A DNA stretch of 64,000 nt from an uncultured Collinsella sp. (GTDB taxonomy: Bacteria; Actinomycetota; Coriobacteriia; Coriobacteriales; Coriobacteriaceae): NCBI GenBank assembly GCA_958407445.1, contig CATYIU010000006.1:412-64411 (forward strand), read 5' to 3'. The notes below the pieces were generated by a model. The model saw nothing but the letters and a program-made list of their open reading frames with translations, was not told where the DNA came from and did no database searches. Both the position numbers and the translations under genes were made by a program. Of this stretch, positions 27,999 through 37,581 are shown one piece after another (the stretch's first letter is position 1; every line of letters begins with the position of its first letter).

Positions 27999-28715
27999 CT
28001 AGAACAGGAGGGCGTAGATGACGGCTATGACAACGGAGGGGAGCATATTGGCCGTGCGGAAGGTCTGAGGACGGATAAGGTTGACGCCGACGCAGAAGAT
28101 GAGCATAGAGCCCACGAGCGATAGGCTGTCGAGGGCCACGGTGGTCATGATGGGGGAGAGCGCGCCGGCAAAGAGCGTGATCGTTCCCTGGAATACGGCG
28201 ACGGGCAGGGCCGAGAAGATGCAGCCACGGCCGAGCGAGGCCGTCATGGTGCAGACGATGATGCAGTCCAGCGCGCCCTTGAGGGCAAGTGTGGACCAGT
28301 CGCCGAGCAGGCCATCTTGGATTGAACCCACGATAGCCATGGCACCGATGCAGACGGTCAGCGATGCCGAGACAAAGGCGTTGGTGAACTCGTTGTCGCC
28401 TTCGCTGCCGGTTTTGCGCTTGAGCCATTCGCCGAGGTTCTCGATGGCGGCCTCCAGGTTGATGGCCTCGCCGATGAGCGAACCGAGGGCAAACGAGACG
28501 ATAAGCATGGTGGTGCCGGTGGTCGCCAACGCCTCTCCATCGATAACGAGCATCTTTTGCATGGTGCCGCCTAGGCCGATAAACAGAACACACAACCCCG
28601 ACGCCTTCATGAGCGTGTCTTGGATGCGGGGCGTAATGAAACGCCCACCCATGAGGCCCAGCAGACCGCCCGCAATCAAAAGCGCGACGTTGATGATCGT
28701 TCCTAAACCCGGCAT
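27999..28715 (-). CDS. DUF554 (YdfK-like) membrane protein
   Basis: GLGTIINV...GSLIGE...FVSASL.VCIGAMAIVGSIQDGL. Confidence 0.88.
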   Translation of the reverse strand: MPGLGTIINVALLIAGGLLGLMGGRFITPRIQDTLMKASGLCVLFIGLGGTMQKMLVIDGEALATTGTTMLIVSFALGSLIGEAINLEAAIENLGEWLKRKTGSEGDNEFTNAFVSASLTVCIGAMAIVGSIQDGLLGDWSTLALKGALDCIIVCTMTASLGRGCIFSALPVAVFQGTITLFAGALSPIMTTVALDSLSLVGSMLIFCVGVNLIRPQTFRTANMLPSVVIAVIYALLF

Positions 28716-28804
28716 GAACCCTCCTGTAATTGATGCCAACGCGGCAATCGTAGCAGAACGGGGAGGAGGGCGCTCAGTATCCGAGCCAAGCGGCGGTTAG
28801 CGGT

Positions 28805-30208
28805 CTAGGACAGGACGGGGCTAAAGTCGAAGCGCAGCGTCATGAGGTGCTGCGGGGATTCGATGGCTGCGGCAATGATGTCGGCATCTCGTGCACGATC
28901 GAACCCTTCAAGTTCCATTTGATAGGGGAAGTCTTCTTGGATGCCGATGCGACGCGGAACCAAAAGCTTGGTCCCGTCGAATTCTTCGGTTCGCGTTCCG
29001 TCTGCTGCAACGGAATAAAGGTGTAACTTGGCGGACGTTGTGGCATCAAGTGCCGAAATAGCTTGGATATCGTTCGATGCGCTCCTTGCTCCCACTGCTG
29101 TAAGCGCCGTAGGCGCGACGACTTCACCCGATGGCAAAAAGACGAGCTCGACAGTATTGGGGAATGCGATGAGGATATTTTTGCGGCGGGGCGAATTGGC
29201 GGCGACTGGCTCAATGCTTGCGGCATCGACGGTTTCCGTGTGGTCGAGCGCGACCATCATGCAACAGTTGCCTTCGTCGACATCTGGGGGAGCGGCAAAG
29301 TCCAGGCCGTCTTTCGGTTGGGGATCGCCTAGTTCGGTGGCGGTGCCGCCCGGCTTCTCGAGAGGAACCGCAGCGTTGTCTTCTGATGATGCATCGTCTG
29401 CATCGTCAACATGTGCCGGTGCGTCTGCGACCTCGTCTTTGGGGGATTTGTCATTATCGCTAGATATAGGAGCAGCAATCCCGACGGACCCCGCTCCGTG
29501 CCATGTCATTTGGAGCAGCGCCGGATCGGCGAGAATGCGCTGCACACCTTGCGCCTGGGTATCGATATTGATGGGGGTGGGTTCTGATCCGCGCGTGAGG
29601 ATGAGCGAACCCTTCTGTCTATTGCTTTGAGCCTCTTGGTCGTCCGCGTCGCCAGCGTAGAACAGCAAAGGCGCATCTCCCGTTGCGATGGCTTCGGTGC
29701 CCGCCTTGGTCAGTCGCAGCGATGCCGTAAAGGAGATGATGGGCTGCGCACCATCGACATTCGAGGGAACGCAGCCCAGGCATACACCCCCTCCTTCTTC
29801 TTCATAGGCCGCGCTGTCGAAGACGACCTTCGCCCCGTTCGCCGAGTCATCGACCGAGTCAATATCGATGCGCAGCTCCAAGTCGCATGGGTCGCCATCG
29901 GCGTCGACTGCGGCCGATTTCCATGTGCAGACGGCACAACCTGTCTGGGGGCCGTTCTCCTTGTCCGGTCGCTTGATATCCACGACTATCGAGTCGACCG
30001 TATTGCGGTGAAGGCATCCCGAGGTTCGGACCGTGGCATGTGCGAGCGAAAAACGTTGGCAGGCGACGATACCCGACGAATTCGCCAGGGGGGTCAGAGC
30101 TTGCGGTAAGGAGTTTGCCATGGCGGGCGTCGCCCAAGCGGCGAGAGGCGTGCCGCTCGCCAGTGCGCTGCAGAGCGCGGCAACGGGCAAAAGGTTTTTG
30201 GGTGCCAT
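28805..30208 (-). CDS. Secreted hypothetical protein (signal peptide, acidic linker, C-terminal beta domain)
   Basis: 467-aa ORF, RBS AGGAG, N-terminal signal-like sequence; co-oriented with the surface cluster. Confidence 0.65.
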   Translation of the reverse strand: MAPKNLLPVAALCSALASGTPLAAWATPAMANSLPQALTPLANSSGIVACQRFSLAHATVRTSGCLHRNTVDSIVVDIKRPDKENGPQTGCAVCTWKSAAVDADGDPCDLELRIDIDSVDDSANGAKVVFDSAAYEEEGGGVCLGCVPSNVDGAQPIISFTASLRLTKAGTEAIATGDAPLLFYAGDADDQEAQSNRQKGSLILTRGSEPTPINIDTQAQGVQRILADPALLQMTWHGAGSVGIAAPISSDNDKSPKDEVADAPAHVDDADDASSEDNAAVPLEKPGGTATELGDPQPKDGLDFAAPPDVDEGNCCMMVALDHTETVDAASIEPVAANSPRRKNILIAFPNTVELVFLPSGEVVAPTALTAVGARSASNDIQAISALDATTSAKLHLYSVAADGTRTEEFDGTKLLVPRRIGIQEDFPYQMELEGFDRARDADIIAAAIESPQHLMTLRFDFSPVLS

Positions 30209-30247
30209 GGTTCTCCTATCTATTCCGCGTACTCCGGTCGTGCTTGG

Positions 30248-30508
30248 CTATTGGTTGCGTTTGATGTGCAGGCCAAGGCACGTCAGTCCTGCTCCCGCCG
30301 TGGCGACGCCCACCGCAATGAGTTGCCGGGTGTCGCTCGTCTGAGCGAGCGGCTCGTGACGGCTGCCGCGATTAAGGCCCGAAAGGTCGACGGTCACTTC
30401 TGTGGCCGCCTGCGCTTGCTCTTCTTGAGCAAAGGCCATGGCGGGTGCGGACGCCAAGATGCCGACGATGGCGGCCAGTGCAATCGCCTTAGGACGTGGC
30501 GTGCGCAC
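30248..30508 (-). CDS. Small putative cell-wall-sorted protein (LPxTG-like LAQTSD, TM, basic tail)
   Basis: Signal-like AIALAAIVGILASAPAMAFA, then LAQTSD-TRQLIAVGVATAGAGLTCLGL-HIKRNQ; start uncertain (GTG 30508). Confidence 0.55.
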   Translation of the reverse strand: MRTPRPKAIALAAIVGILASAPAMAFAQEEQAQAATEVTVDLSGLNRGSRHEPLAQTSDTRQLIAVGVATAGAGLTCLGLHIKRNQ

Positions 30509-31091
30509 CGGGCTCGACCGTCCAGGTGATGCTTGCCACTTGATCTCCCGTACCGGTGGCGTGGTAGATGTCACGCGTTACGCGGGCGACGTGGCCACTC
30601 ACATTGAGCTTGATTTTGTCCGTTCCGTCGGCAATGCCCTGGTACTTCATGTCGAAGCTTGCCTCTTTGGAAAGATCGAGGCCCGTAGTCTGAGTCGCCG
30701 AGCTGGCATCCTTTTCTGCCTTATCGGGGCCAACCTTAAAATCGATGGAGTTCTGGGCCGAGCCCGTCTTTGCGTCTGCAACGATTGTCCAGTCGTTCTT
30801 GGCCGTGACCTTCATGTTGGTGACGTGGATGCCATATGCCGAGAGGTTGTCGATGGTAATCGTCTTGTCGGAGGGTCCTACAAGCGTTCCGTCGGCTTTG
30901 GCGGCAAAGGGGATGACCGTTGGCGCCTTAAACGAAACATTGCTAATGTCGGCCTTCACCGTCACATCGGTGGTTCCAACGCGCACCTCTGCCATGGCCG
31001 CCGTTGGCGCGGCGCCCATCGCAAGTGCGAGCGCAAGCCCTGCGCCCACGGCGAGTGCCCTGGCTCCGCTCAGGTTCATGGGTGTGTTCAT
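30489..31091 (-). CDS. Secreted beta-rich protein, WxL-like C-terminus
   Basis: Signal peptide ending AMA; ends ...QVASITWTVEP; RBS AAAGGA. Confidence 0.7.
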   Translation of the reverse strand: MNTPMNLSGARALAVGAGLALALAMGAAPTAAMAEVRVGTTDVTVKADISNVSFKAPTVIPFAAKADGTLVGPSDKTITIDNLSAYGIHVTNMKVTAKNDWTIVADAKTGSAQNSIDFKVGPDKAEKDASSATQTTGLDLSKEASFDMKYQGIADGTDKIKLNVSGHVARVTRDIYHATGTGDQVASITWTVEPGAHATS

Positions 31092-31178
31092 AATCGATCC
31101 TTTCTGCTCGTCACGGACTGTTTCCGTGATGGTTGGACGAATGGGGACAGGGTGCTGCCCCTACGAGCGCGTCGGTCA

Positions 31179-31688
31179 CTAACCTTCTGCCTGGGCCACC
31201 CGCACTTTGACGCGCGTCGGATTGCCGTGGGTGTCGTAGGTCTTGGCATCGAGTGCCTGAATCTCGATATATGCCTCGCCTTCTTGGATATCGCCGGCGG
31301 GGCAGGTCTCAACCGTCTTGCCGGCTTCGACCACACCGGACTCATAGATGGTCTCGTCGTTTTGAATCACGCGGAAACGCTGGGGAAACTTGTTGTCTTG
31401 GACGTTTTGCACGTTGACGCGCAACTTGCCGCCTTCCTGCAACTGTGCGACCGGCGCGACCGAGATCGTCATCATGTTGTCGCGGACGATGGCGTCGAGC
31501 TCATCCTGGATTTCTTGGCGCGATTTACCCTCTGCCGTCGTGACTGAGGCGCCTGCTTCGGGCACGGGCTGCGACTGCCAGGCGTATAGCCCTACGGCGA
31601 CGAGGGCACAGACGATAGCCAGGCAGACAACGACGAGTTTCTTGCGACGCCCCAGTCCTGCAAGGCGGGGCGGCTTCTTCGCACTCAT
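31179..31688 (-). CDS. Membrane-anchored extracytoplasmic Ig-like hypothetical protein
   Basis: True start MSAKK (ATGA overlap with the upstream gene); TM LVVVCLAIVCALVAVGLY; NVQN...IYESGVVEAG. Confidence 0.7.
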   Translation of the reverse strand: MSAKKPPRLAGLGRRKKLVVVCLAIVCALVAVGLYAWQSQPVPEAGASVTTAEGKSRQEIQDELDAIVRDNMMTISVAPVAQLQEGGKLRVNVQNVQDNKFPQRFRVIQNDETIYESGVVEAGKTVETCPAGDIQEGEAYIEIQALDAKTYDTHGNPTRVKVRVAQAEG

Positions 31689-31981
31689 GCGGCGTCCTTG
31701 GTGGTATAGACACGTGCGAACGTGGACGGGTCCGCTCCAAAGAGCATGTGAAGCATCAGGCGGCGCGAGTAGATGAGCTCGTCGAAGTCGTGGGGGAGCT
31801 CGATGTTGTGGATACGCGCGATGTGGTGGGCGAGCGCCGAGAACGACTCGGGGTCGCAGATAACATCGGTGGTGACGTGGTAGACCGTCGTATCGGGGAA
31901 CGCCTCTTCGTCGAAAGGCAGGAGATAGGGATCGTCGTCGACCTCGATGGCGACGCCGTACTGGGGCCAGTAATATGCCAT
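31685..31981 (-). CDS. Small protein resembling an isolated, degenerate DUF559/Vsr-like domain
   Basis: MAYYWPQYGVAIEVDDD...VYHVTTDVICDPESFSALAHHIAR; strong RBS GGGAGG. Confidence 0.6.
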   Translation of the reverse strand: MAYYWPQYGVAIEVDDDPYLLPFDEEAFPDTTVYHVTTDVICDPESFSALAHHIARIHNIELPHDFDELIYSRRLMLHMLFGADPSTFARVYTTKDAA

Positions 31982-32327
31982 GGGAACCTCCCTGCTTCTG
32001 GGGCCAAAACTTCCATTGGTTTTGGCTGTTGATGCCGACCGTATCAGTCACTACTTGACCAATTTCTGACCAAATGCTTGACGGATTGACATCTCCGCAG
32101 GTAAAAGGTGGTAAAAATTACTTCAACTTTTTTCGAGCGACAATTGCGTGGTCGCTGGCGGTAAAGCGACATGTGTCAAAAGCATCGTCTGCCGAGGAAA
32201 CCTTGCCGCTCGCCGAATTGCACGAACGTAAAAATCGCCAATTATGGAGACGGTCTCGAACACGTCGTCGAAACGATGCGGTAACATCTCCCTGCAAACA
32301 CTGTAGTTAGCTAAAGGGGGAGTTCGC

Positions 32328-33929
32328 GTGTCTGCAACTATCAAACCCTTCACCGACGAGTTCGAGGAGTATGGCCGCGATGAGTCTCGCACATCGGGCG
32401 AGGCTTCGAGCATCTCGTTTCCGACAACGGAGGACGAGGTCCGCGCCATTTTGGAAACGCTCCATGCCGAGCGTGTCCCGGTAACGGTTCAGGGCGCCCG
32501 AACCGGCCTTGCCGCCGGTGCCGTGCCCCACGGTGGGCATATCCTCAATACTTCCCGTATGAATCGCTACTTGGGCCTTCGCCGCGATGAACAAGGCCAA
32601 TTTCTGCTGCGCGTGGAGCCGGGCGTTGTGCTCTCGGAGCTGCGTAAGCAGCTGAGCAAGAAGGTACTGCCGACCGCTGGTTGGGACCAGGCATCGCTTG
32701 AGGCCTACGAGGAGTTCCAAGAGTCCCCCGAGCAGTTCTTTCCCACCGATCCCACCGAGGCATCTGCCTGTCTGGGTGGCATGGCGGCATGCAACGCCTC
32801 CGGCGCCCGCAGCTACGCTTACGGCCCCATGCGCCCGCATATCACGGGACTCCACGTCGCGCTGGCTGATGGCGATTTGCTTGAGCTTCAGCGCGGCGAG
32901 GCTTTTGCCCAGGGCCGCCACCTGTCGCTCGTGACGGCAGAGGGTCATACATTCGAGCTTGATCTTCCTGACTACACCATGCCCAAGACCAAAAATGCCT
33001 CGGGGTATTTTGTTGCGGACGATATGGACGCCATCGATCTTTTTATCGGTGCGTGCGGCACGCTCGGCGTCATTACCGAGCTCGAGATCGCCCTGCAGGC
33101 GGCACCTTCGGTCGTATGGGGTGTGAGTTGCTTTTTCGATAGCGAAGACAAGGCCGTGTCCTTTACCGATTCCGTGCGTCCCGTGCTGTCCCATGCCGCC
33201 GCTATTGAGTATTTCGATGCTGGCGCCCTGGATATCCTGCGTCGCCAGCGCGAGCAGTCGACAGCGTTTGCCTCGCTGCCGGCGCTCGACGACGAGGCAA
33301 AGGTCTGTGTCTACGTGGAGCTCGACTGCGATGACGAGGCGCAGGCGACCGAGGAGCTGTACCACCTTGGATGGGTGCTGGAGTTTGCGGGCGGCCGCGA
33401 CGATGCGACATGGGTCGCCCGCACCGAAGTCGATCGCGAGTGCCAGCGGTTCTTCCGCCACGCGGTGCCCGAGAGCGTCAACATGCTCATTGACGAGCGT
33501 CGCCGCACCGACCCCACCATTACCAAGCTGGGATCGGATATGTCGGTGCCCAATGCACGCCTTGCCGATGTCATGGCCCTCTATCGCCGCACGCTGGCCG
33601 AAAGCGGGCTTGAGTCTGCTGCCTGGGGACACATCGGGAACAACCATCTGCATGTGAACATCCTGCCGCGCGATGCGCAAGACTACCGTCGTGGTGGAGA
33701 GCTCTTTGCCCAGTGGGCTTCCGAGGTCACGGCCATGGGCGGTGCCGTTTCTGCCGAACACGGCGTCGGCAAGATCAAGGCGGGCTTCTTGGAGACGATG
33801 TACGGCCACGAGGCCATGGTCGAGTCGGCGCGCCTCAAACTCCAGCTCGATCCTGCCGGCCAGTTGGGTCGCGGCAACCTGTTTACGGAGAAGCTCTTGG
33901 ATGAACTCGTCCAGAAAGGGGGCGCGTGA
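32328..33929 (+). CDS. FAD-binding oxidoreductase, GlcD/LctD (2-hydroxyacid dehydrogenase) family
   Basis: QGARTGLAAGAVP, FPTDP, LGGMAACNASG, GTLGVIT, GHIGNNHLH, SAEHGVG. Confidence 0.85.
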   Translation: MSATIKPFTDEFEEYGRDESRTSGEASSISFPTTEDEVRAILETLHAERVPVTVQGARTGLAAGAVPHGGHILNTSRMNRYLGLRRDEQGQFLLRVEPGVVLSELRKQLSKKVLPTAGWDQASLEAYEEFQESPEQFFPTDPTEASACLGGMAACNASGARSYAYGPMRPHITGLHVALADGDLLELQRGEAFAQGRHLSLVTAEGHTFELDLPDYTMPKTKNASGYFVADDMDAIDLFIGACGTLGVITELEIALQAAPSVVWGVSCFFDSEDKAVSFTDSVRPVLSHAAAIEYFDAGALDILRRQREQSTAFASLPALDDEAKVCVYVELDCDDEAQATEELYHLGWVLEFAGGRDDATWVARTEVDRECQRFFRHAVPESVNMLIDERRRTDPTITKLGSDMSVPNARLADVMALYRRTLAESGLESAAWGHIGNNHLHVNILPRDAQDYRRGGELFAQWASEVTAMGGAVSAEHGVGKIKAGFLETMYGHEAMVESARLKLQLDPAGQLGRGNLFTEKLLDELVQKGGA

Positions 33930-34747
33930 AGATGAGTGATTTCCATATGGTGGTGTGCGTCAAGGCGGTGCCCGGAAGCACCGAGGTCAAGATGGACCCC
34001 AAGACCAATACTATCGTGCGTGATGGCAAGCAGGCGGTCATTAATCCCTTCGATGCAAGTGCCCTCGAATGTGCGCTAGCGCTGAAGGACGACTTTATCG
34101 GCTTTGGCATGGACGTGCGTGTGACGGTGGTGTCGATGGGCATCCCCGCGACCGAATCGCTGCTGCGCGACTGCATCGCCCGCGGTGCCGACGACGCGCT
34201 GCTGCTGACCGATCGCGCCTTTGCGGGCGCCGATACCCTAGCCACCACCTATGCCCTCAAATGCGGCATCGAGGCACTCGATGAGGACTTTGACCTGCTC
34301 ATCTGCGGCAAGATGGCGGTGGACGGCGATACGGCCCAGATCGGCCCCGAGCTGGCCGGCGCCTTTGGGGTCCCCTGCGTGACCGACGTGAGCTGTGTGC
34401 AGAGCGCGGGATTTACGACGTGTGGCTCGCTGGCGCTCGTTCACGGCTGCGATGCCGGCGAGGAGACGGTGTACCTGGAGATGCCGTGTGCGATGACGAC
34501 TGCCAAGGAGATTGGCCAGCTGCGCATGCCGAGTATTGCCGGTATTCGCGCGGCCGAGGATGCAGACGTGCGCGTGGCCAGCGCTGCCGACGTAAACGCC
34601 GACCCCTCGCGTTGCGGCCTTGCCGGATCACCGACGCAGGTCGTGCGCTCGTTTGTGCCCGACCGTGACCAAACGTGCGAGGCCGTCGAGGGAACGGCGT
34701 CCGAGCAGGCGGTAAAACTTGCCAAGATTATCGAGGGGATGGCATAG
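33926..34747 (+). CDS. etfB: Electron transfer flavoprotein beta subunit
   Basis: VVCVKAVP, INPFD, DRAFAGADTLAT, GKMAVDGDTAQIGP. Confidence 0.93.
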   Translation: MKMSDFHMVVCVKAVPGSTEVKMDPKTNTIVRDGKQAVINPFDASALECALALKDDFIGFGMDVRVTVVSMGIPATESLLRDCIARGADDALLLTDRAFAGADTLATTYALKCGIEALDEDFDLLICGKMAVDGDTAQIGPELAGAFGVPCVTDVSCVQSAGFTTCGSLALVHGCDAGEETVYLEMPCAMTTAKEIGQLRMPSIAGIRAAEDADVRVASAADVNADPSRCGLAGSPTQVVRSFVPDRDQTCEAVEGTASEQAVKLAKIIEGMA

Positions 34748-35953
34748 ATGAGCGGGCTGATTATCGATAGCGAAGCCTGTATCGGCTGCGGTCGCTGCGT
34801 TCGCGCCTGCGCCTCGGGCGGCATTGTGGTGGAGGGTGAGCGCCCCAATCGCTGTGCCCGCGTAACCGACGGCTGTATCCTGTGCGGTGGGTGCGTCGAC
34901 GCCTGCCCCGTCAACGCCATCTCGATTGAGCGCGACGAGGCCGCCGGCGCGGCAGACCTTGACGCATATCGAGACATCTGGATCTTCGTGCAGACTGACG
35001 AGCACGATGCCGTTGCATCCGTGGCCTTCGAGCTCATGGGCAAGGGGCGCGAGCTTGCCGATGCCCGCGGCTGCCGTCTGGTGGCACTGGTCGGCATGAG
35101 CCCCGAGGGCTCACTCGGGGACCTGGAGCATCTGATTTGCGCCGGTGCGGACGAAGTTCTGGTCTGTCGTGACGAGCGCCTGCGTCAGAACGACGCGGAG
35201 GTCTACGCCCGCTTGATCTGCGATTTGGTAGCCGAGCGCAAGCCCGAGGCCATTCTGTACGGCGCGACCGCCTTTGGTCGCGAGCTGGCGCCCAGTGTGG
35301 CCGTGCGCTTGCAGACGGGCCTTACGGCCGATTGCACGGTGCTTTCGATGGATACGGAGACGGGTCTGCTGCAGCAGACGCGCCCGGCGTTTGGCGGCAA
35401 CCTGATGGCCACCATTATCTGCCCCAACCACCGTCCTCAGATGGCAACGGTGCGCCCCGGCATCTTTAAGGCGCCCGAGTTTGACTATAGCCGCTCCGGC
35501 ACGATTGCCCAGGTAGTGCTAGCGGATGACGTTAAGGCCCGTGTCGAGATCTCGATTCCCGCCGAGGAGTGGGGACAGCAGGCCTCAATTGCCGATGCCG
35601 AGCGTCTAGTCGTGGTGGGCCGCGGCATCGGCTCCAAGAAAAACCTACCGCTGATGCGAAAGCTTGCCGAGGCTCTGGGTGCCGAGCTTGGCTGCACGCG
35701 CCCCGTGGTGGAGGCCGGCTGGCTGGAGTATCGCCACCAAATTGGCCAGACGGGTGTATCGGTCTCGCCCAAGCTCCTCGTGAGCATCGGTGTCTCGGGC
35801 GCTATCCAGCATCTCGCCGGCATCGGTGGGGCGGAGTGCATTGTCGCCATCAATGAGGACCCGGATGCCCCCATCTTCGGTGCCGCCCGGTACAAGGTCG
35901 TCGGCGATGCCGCTGAGATCGTTGAGGAACTGCTGGCTCAGCTCGAGTGCTAA
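34748..35953 (+). CDS. etfA: Electron transfer flavoprotein alpha subunit with N-terminal 2x[4Fe-4S] ferredoxin
   Basis: CIGCGRCVRAC and CILCGGCVDACP; GLTADCT, RPAFGGN, QIGQTG, GVSGAIQH. Confidence 0.93.
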   Translation: MSGLIIDSEACIGCGRCVRACASGGIVVEGERPNRCARVTDGCILCGGCVDACPVNAISIERDEAAGAADLDAYRDIWIFVQTDEHDAVASVAFELMGKGRELADARGCRLVALVGMSPEGSLGDLEHLICAGADEVLVCRDERLRQNDAEVYARLICDLVAERKPEAILYGATAFGRELAPSVAVRLQTGLTADCTVLSMDTETGLLQQTRPAFGGNLMATIICPNHRPQMATVRPGIFKAPEFDYSRSGTIAQVVLADDVKARVEISIPAEEWGQQASIADAERLVVVGRGIGSKKNLPLMRKLAEALGAELGCTRPVVEAGWLEYRHQIGQTGVSVSPKLLVSIGVSGAIQHLAGIGGAECIVAINEDPDAPIFGAARYKVVGDAAEIVEELLAQLEC

Positions 35954-36762
35954 GCGCTTGCCAGCCAGCGGCGCAGCTCGTCCTTAAGGCGGCTCCAGGT
36001 TGCCTGCGCGGCGGGGTCGGTAAAGGGTCGCGTAATGCCAAAGGGCGCGTCGAGCAGGCGATAGATATCGCCTTGCTCGCGCGCCAGTGCACGGCTTGCC
36101 GGATGGACGAGCTCAAACATAAAGCAGATGAGCCCCACCAGGTAGTCCGCCGGCTCGTTGCGCTCGTCACGCGCGACGCAGCGATGCTCGTCAAAGGCGG
36201 TAAGCGCCGGTGTCGAGAAGTGGCTGGCGAGAAACGTGTCCTCATCCACCTTGAGGATGGTGTCGACGGTGCTGTCGGCGATGGTGCGCATAATGTCGAT
36301 CTTGTCGCCATCGCGCACGATATCGCAGAAGCGCCGCGTGCGCTCGTCGAGCTGCGCGGGTAGACGGAAATCGCTGTGATAGGCAATGCTCGATCGGATG
36401 AGCTCATCTTCTGTCGGGTCATCGATAAAGTCGCGGACGCTCGTCACGGCGGGTGCATCGGCGGGATTCTCGCCAAAGAGGACCTCGATGCCCAGCGCTG
36501 CATGGCCCATGCTCTCGGCGTCCTTAAAGGTGTCCCAGCGTCGCAGCTGCTCAAAGCGGCCTATATCGTGCAGCAGGCCGCAAAGCCATGCCAAGTCAAT
36601 ATCATCTGACGACCAGCCCTGCTCGCGCGCTACGGCATCGCATGCCTCGGCCACGTGGTACGTATGCTCGATTTTGAGCGCGATGCGTGGGTTGGTGGCG
36701 TCGTAGGCATCGGTGTAGCTTTTGAAGGCTGCGCGCGCCCGGTCTCGATCGATAGCTGTCAT
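35950..36762 (-). CDS. HD-domain phosphohydrolase
   Basis: LKIEHTYHV, LLHDIGRFEQ, H..LG, RDGDKIDI. Confidence 0.85.
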   Translation of the reverse strand: MTAIDRDRARAAFKSYTDAYDATNPRIALKIEHTYHVAEACDAVAREQGWSSDDIDLAWLCGLLHDIGRFEQLRRWDTFKDAESMGHAALGIEVLFGENPADAPAVTSVRDFIDDPTEDELIRSSIAYHSDFRLPAQLDERTRRFCDIVRDGDKIDIMRTIADSTVDTILKVDEDTFLASHFSTPALTAFDEHRCVARDERNEPADYLVGLICFMFELVHPASRALAREQGDIYRLLDAPFGITRPFTDPAAQATWSRLKDELRRWLASA

Positions 36763-36888
36763 AATGACTTCCTAAAAAGTTGTGTCTTTCGATCCGGTGG
36801 CAATTGTAGGCGAACTTTATTGCCACCGGTTGATATTTCTGCTGCGTTGCGAGGTGCGCTGCAGACGACTTACCAGAATGGGAGTGGC

Positions 36889-37581
36889 ATGGTCCTTAGG
36901 ATCTTTAAAACCGTCTGGCCGGTGATGCTTACCTATGTTGCAATAGGCGCGCCGTGCGGAATGATCATGGGGCAGACGGGAATGGAACCCTGGATGGTCT
37001 TTGCCCTGAGCAGCACGTTTGTGACGGGCAGCGGCCAGTTTATGATCTGCAACCTGTGGCTGGCGGGCGTGCCTGCAGCATCGATCGTCGCGAGCGTTGC
37101 TGCCATCTCCTCGCGCTTTGCGCTTTACTCGGCATCGATCGCGCCGCATCTGACGGGTGCCTCGAAGCGTCAGACGCTGGCTGTTGCCGCGACACTTACC
37201 GAGGAGGCATATGGCATCTCGCTTGCCAAGTTGGTTGAAGGGGAGGATTGGGGCCCGCGCGAGTCCTTTGTGCTCAACGTGATTCTCATCGCAACATGGG
37301 GCGTTTCGTGTACGATGGGCGCCATCGTCGGCGCCGTTGTCGATGTTCCCACCGCCATTGCAGCCTTTGTCTGCACCTCGCTCTTTATCTGCCTGCTCTT
37401 TTCGCAGCGGCTGTCGCGCGGCAACGTTGTCGCGGCGGTTTCGGGCGCGGTGTCCGTCGCCGTATGCAAGTTCTTGGGCCTCACGAATATTGCCGTGCCG
37501 GCAAGCGTCGTGGCCGGCATGGCCATTGCGTTGGCGTGCGATGCTGTATTTGACGGAAGAGGTGCCCGCGATGTCCGTTAA
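36889..37581 (+). CDS. azlC: AzlC-family branched-chain amino acid exporter subunit
   Basis: Hydrophobic; S.TFVTGSGQF, LTEEAYG motifs. Confidence 0.8.
   Translation: MVLRIFKTVWPVMLTYVAIGAPCGMIMGQTGMEPWMVFALSSTFVTGSGQFMICNLWLAGVPAASIVASVAAISSRFALYSASIAPHLTGASKRQTLAVAATLTEEAYGISLAKLVEGEDWGPRESFVLNVILIATWGVSCTMGAIVGAVVDVPTAIAAFVCTSLFICLLFSQRLSRGNVVAAVSGAVSVAVCKFLGLTNIAVPASVVAGMAIALACDAVFDGRGARDVR

Noticed and set aside
31689..32051. N-terminal 121 codons of the 290-aa ORF 31179-32051
   Set aside because: Overlaps the better-supported 98-aa ORF in another frame and reads as Arg/Pro-rich off-frame sequence; the real start is ATG 31688.
32255..32270. TCGAAC-ACGT-CGTCGA as a second SOS box
   Set aside because: Two mismatches in the conserved GTTC half-site, and the downstream genes are metabolic.
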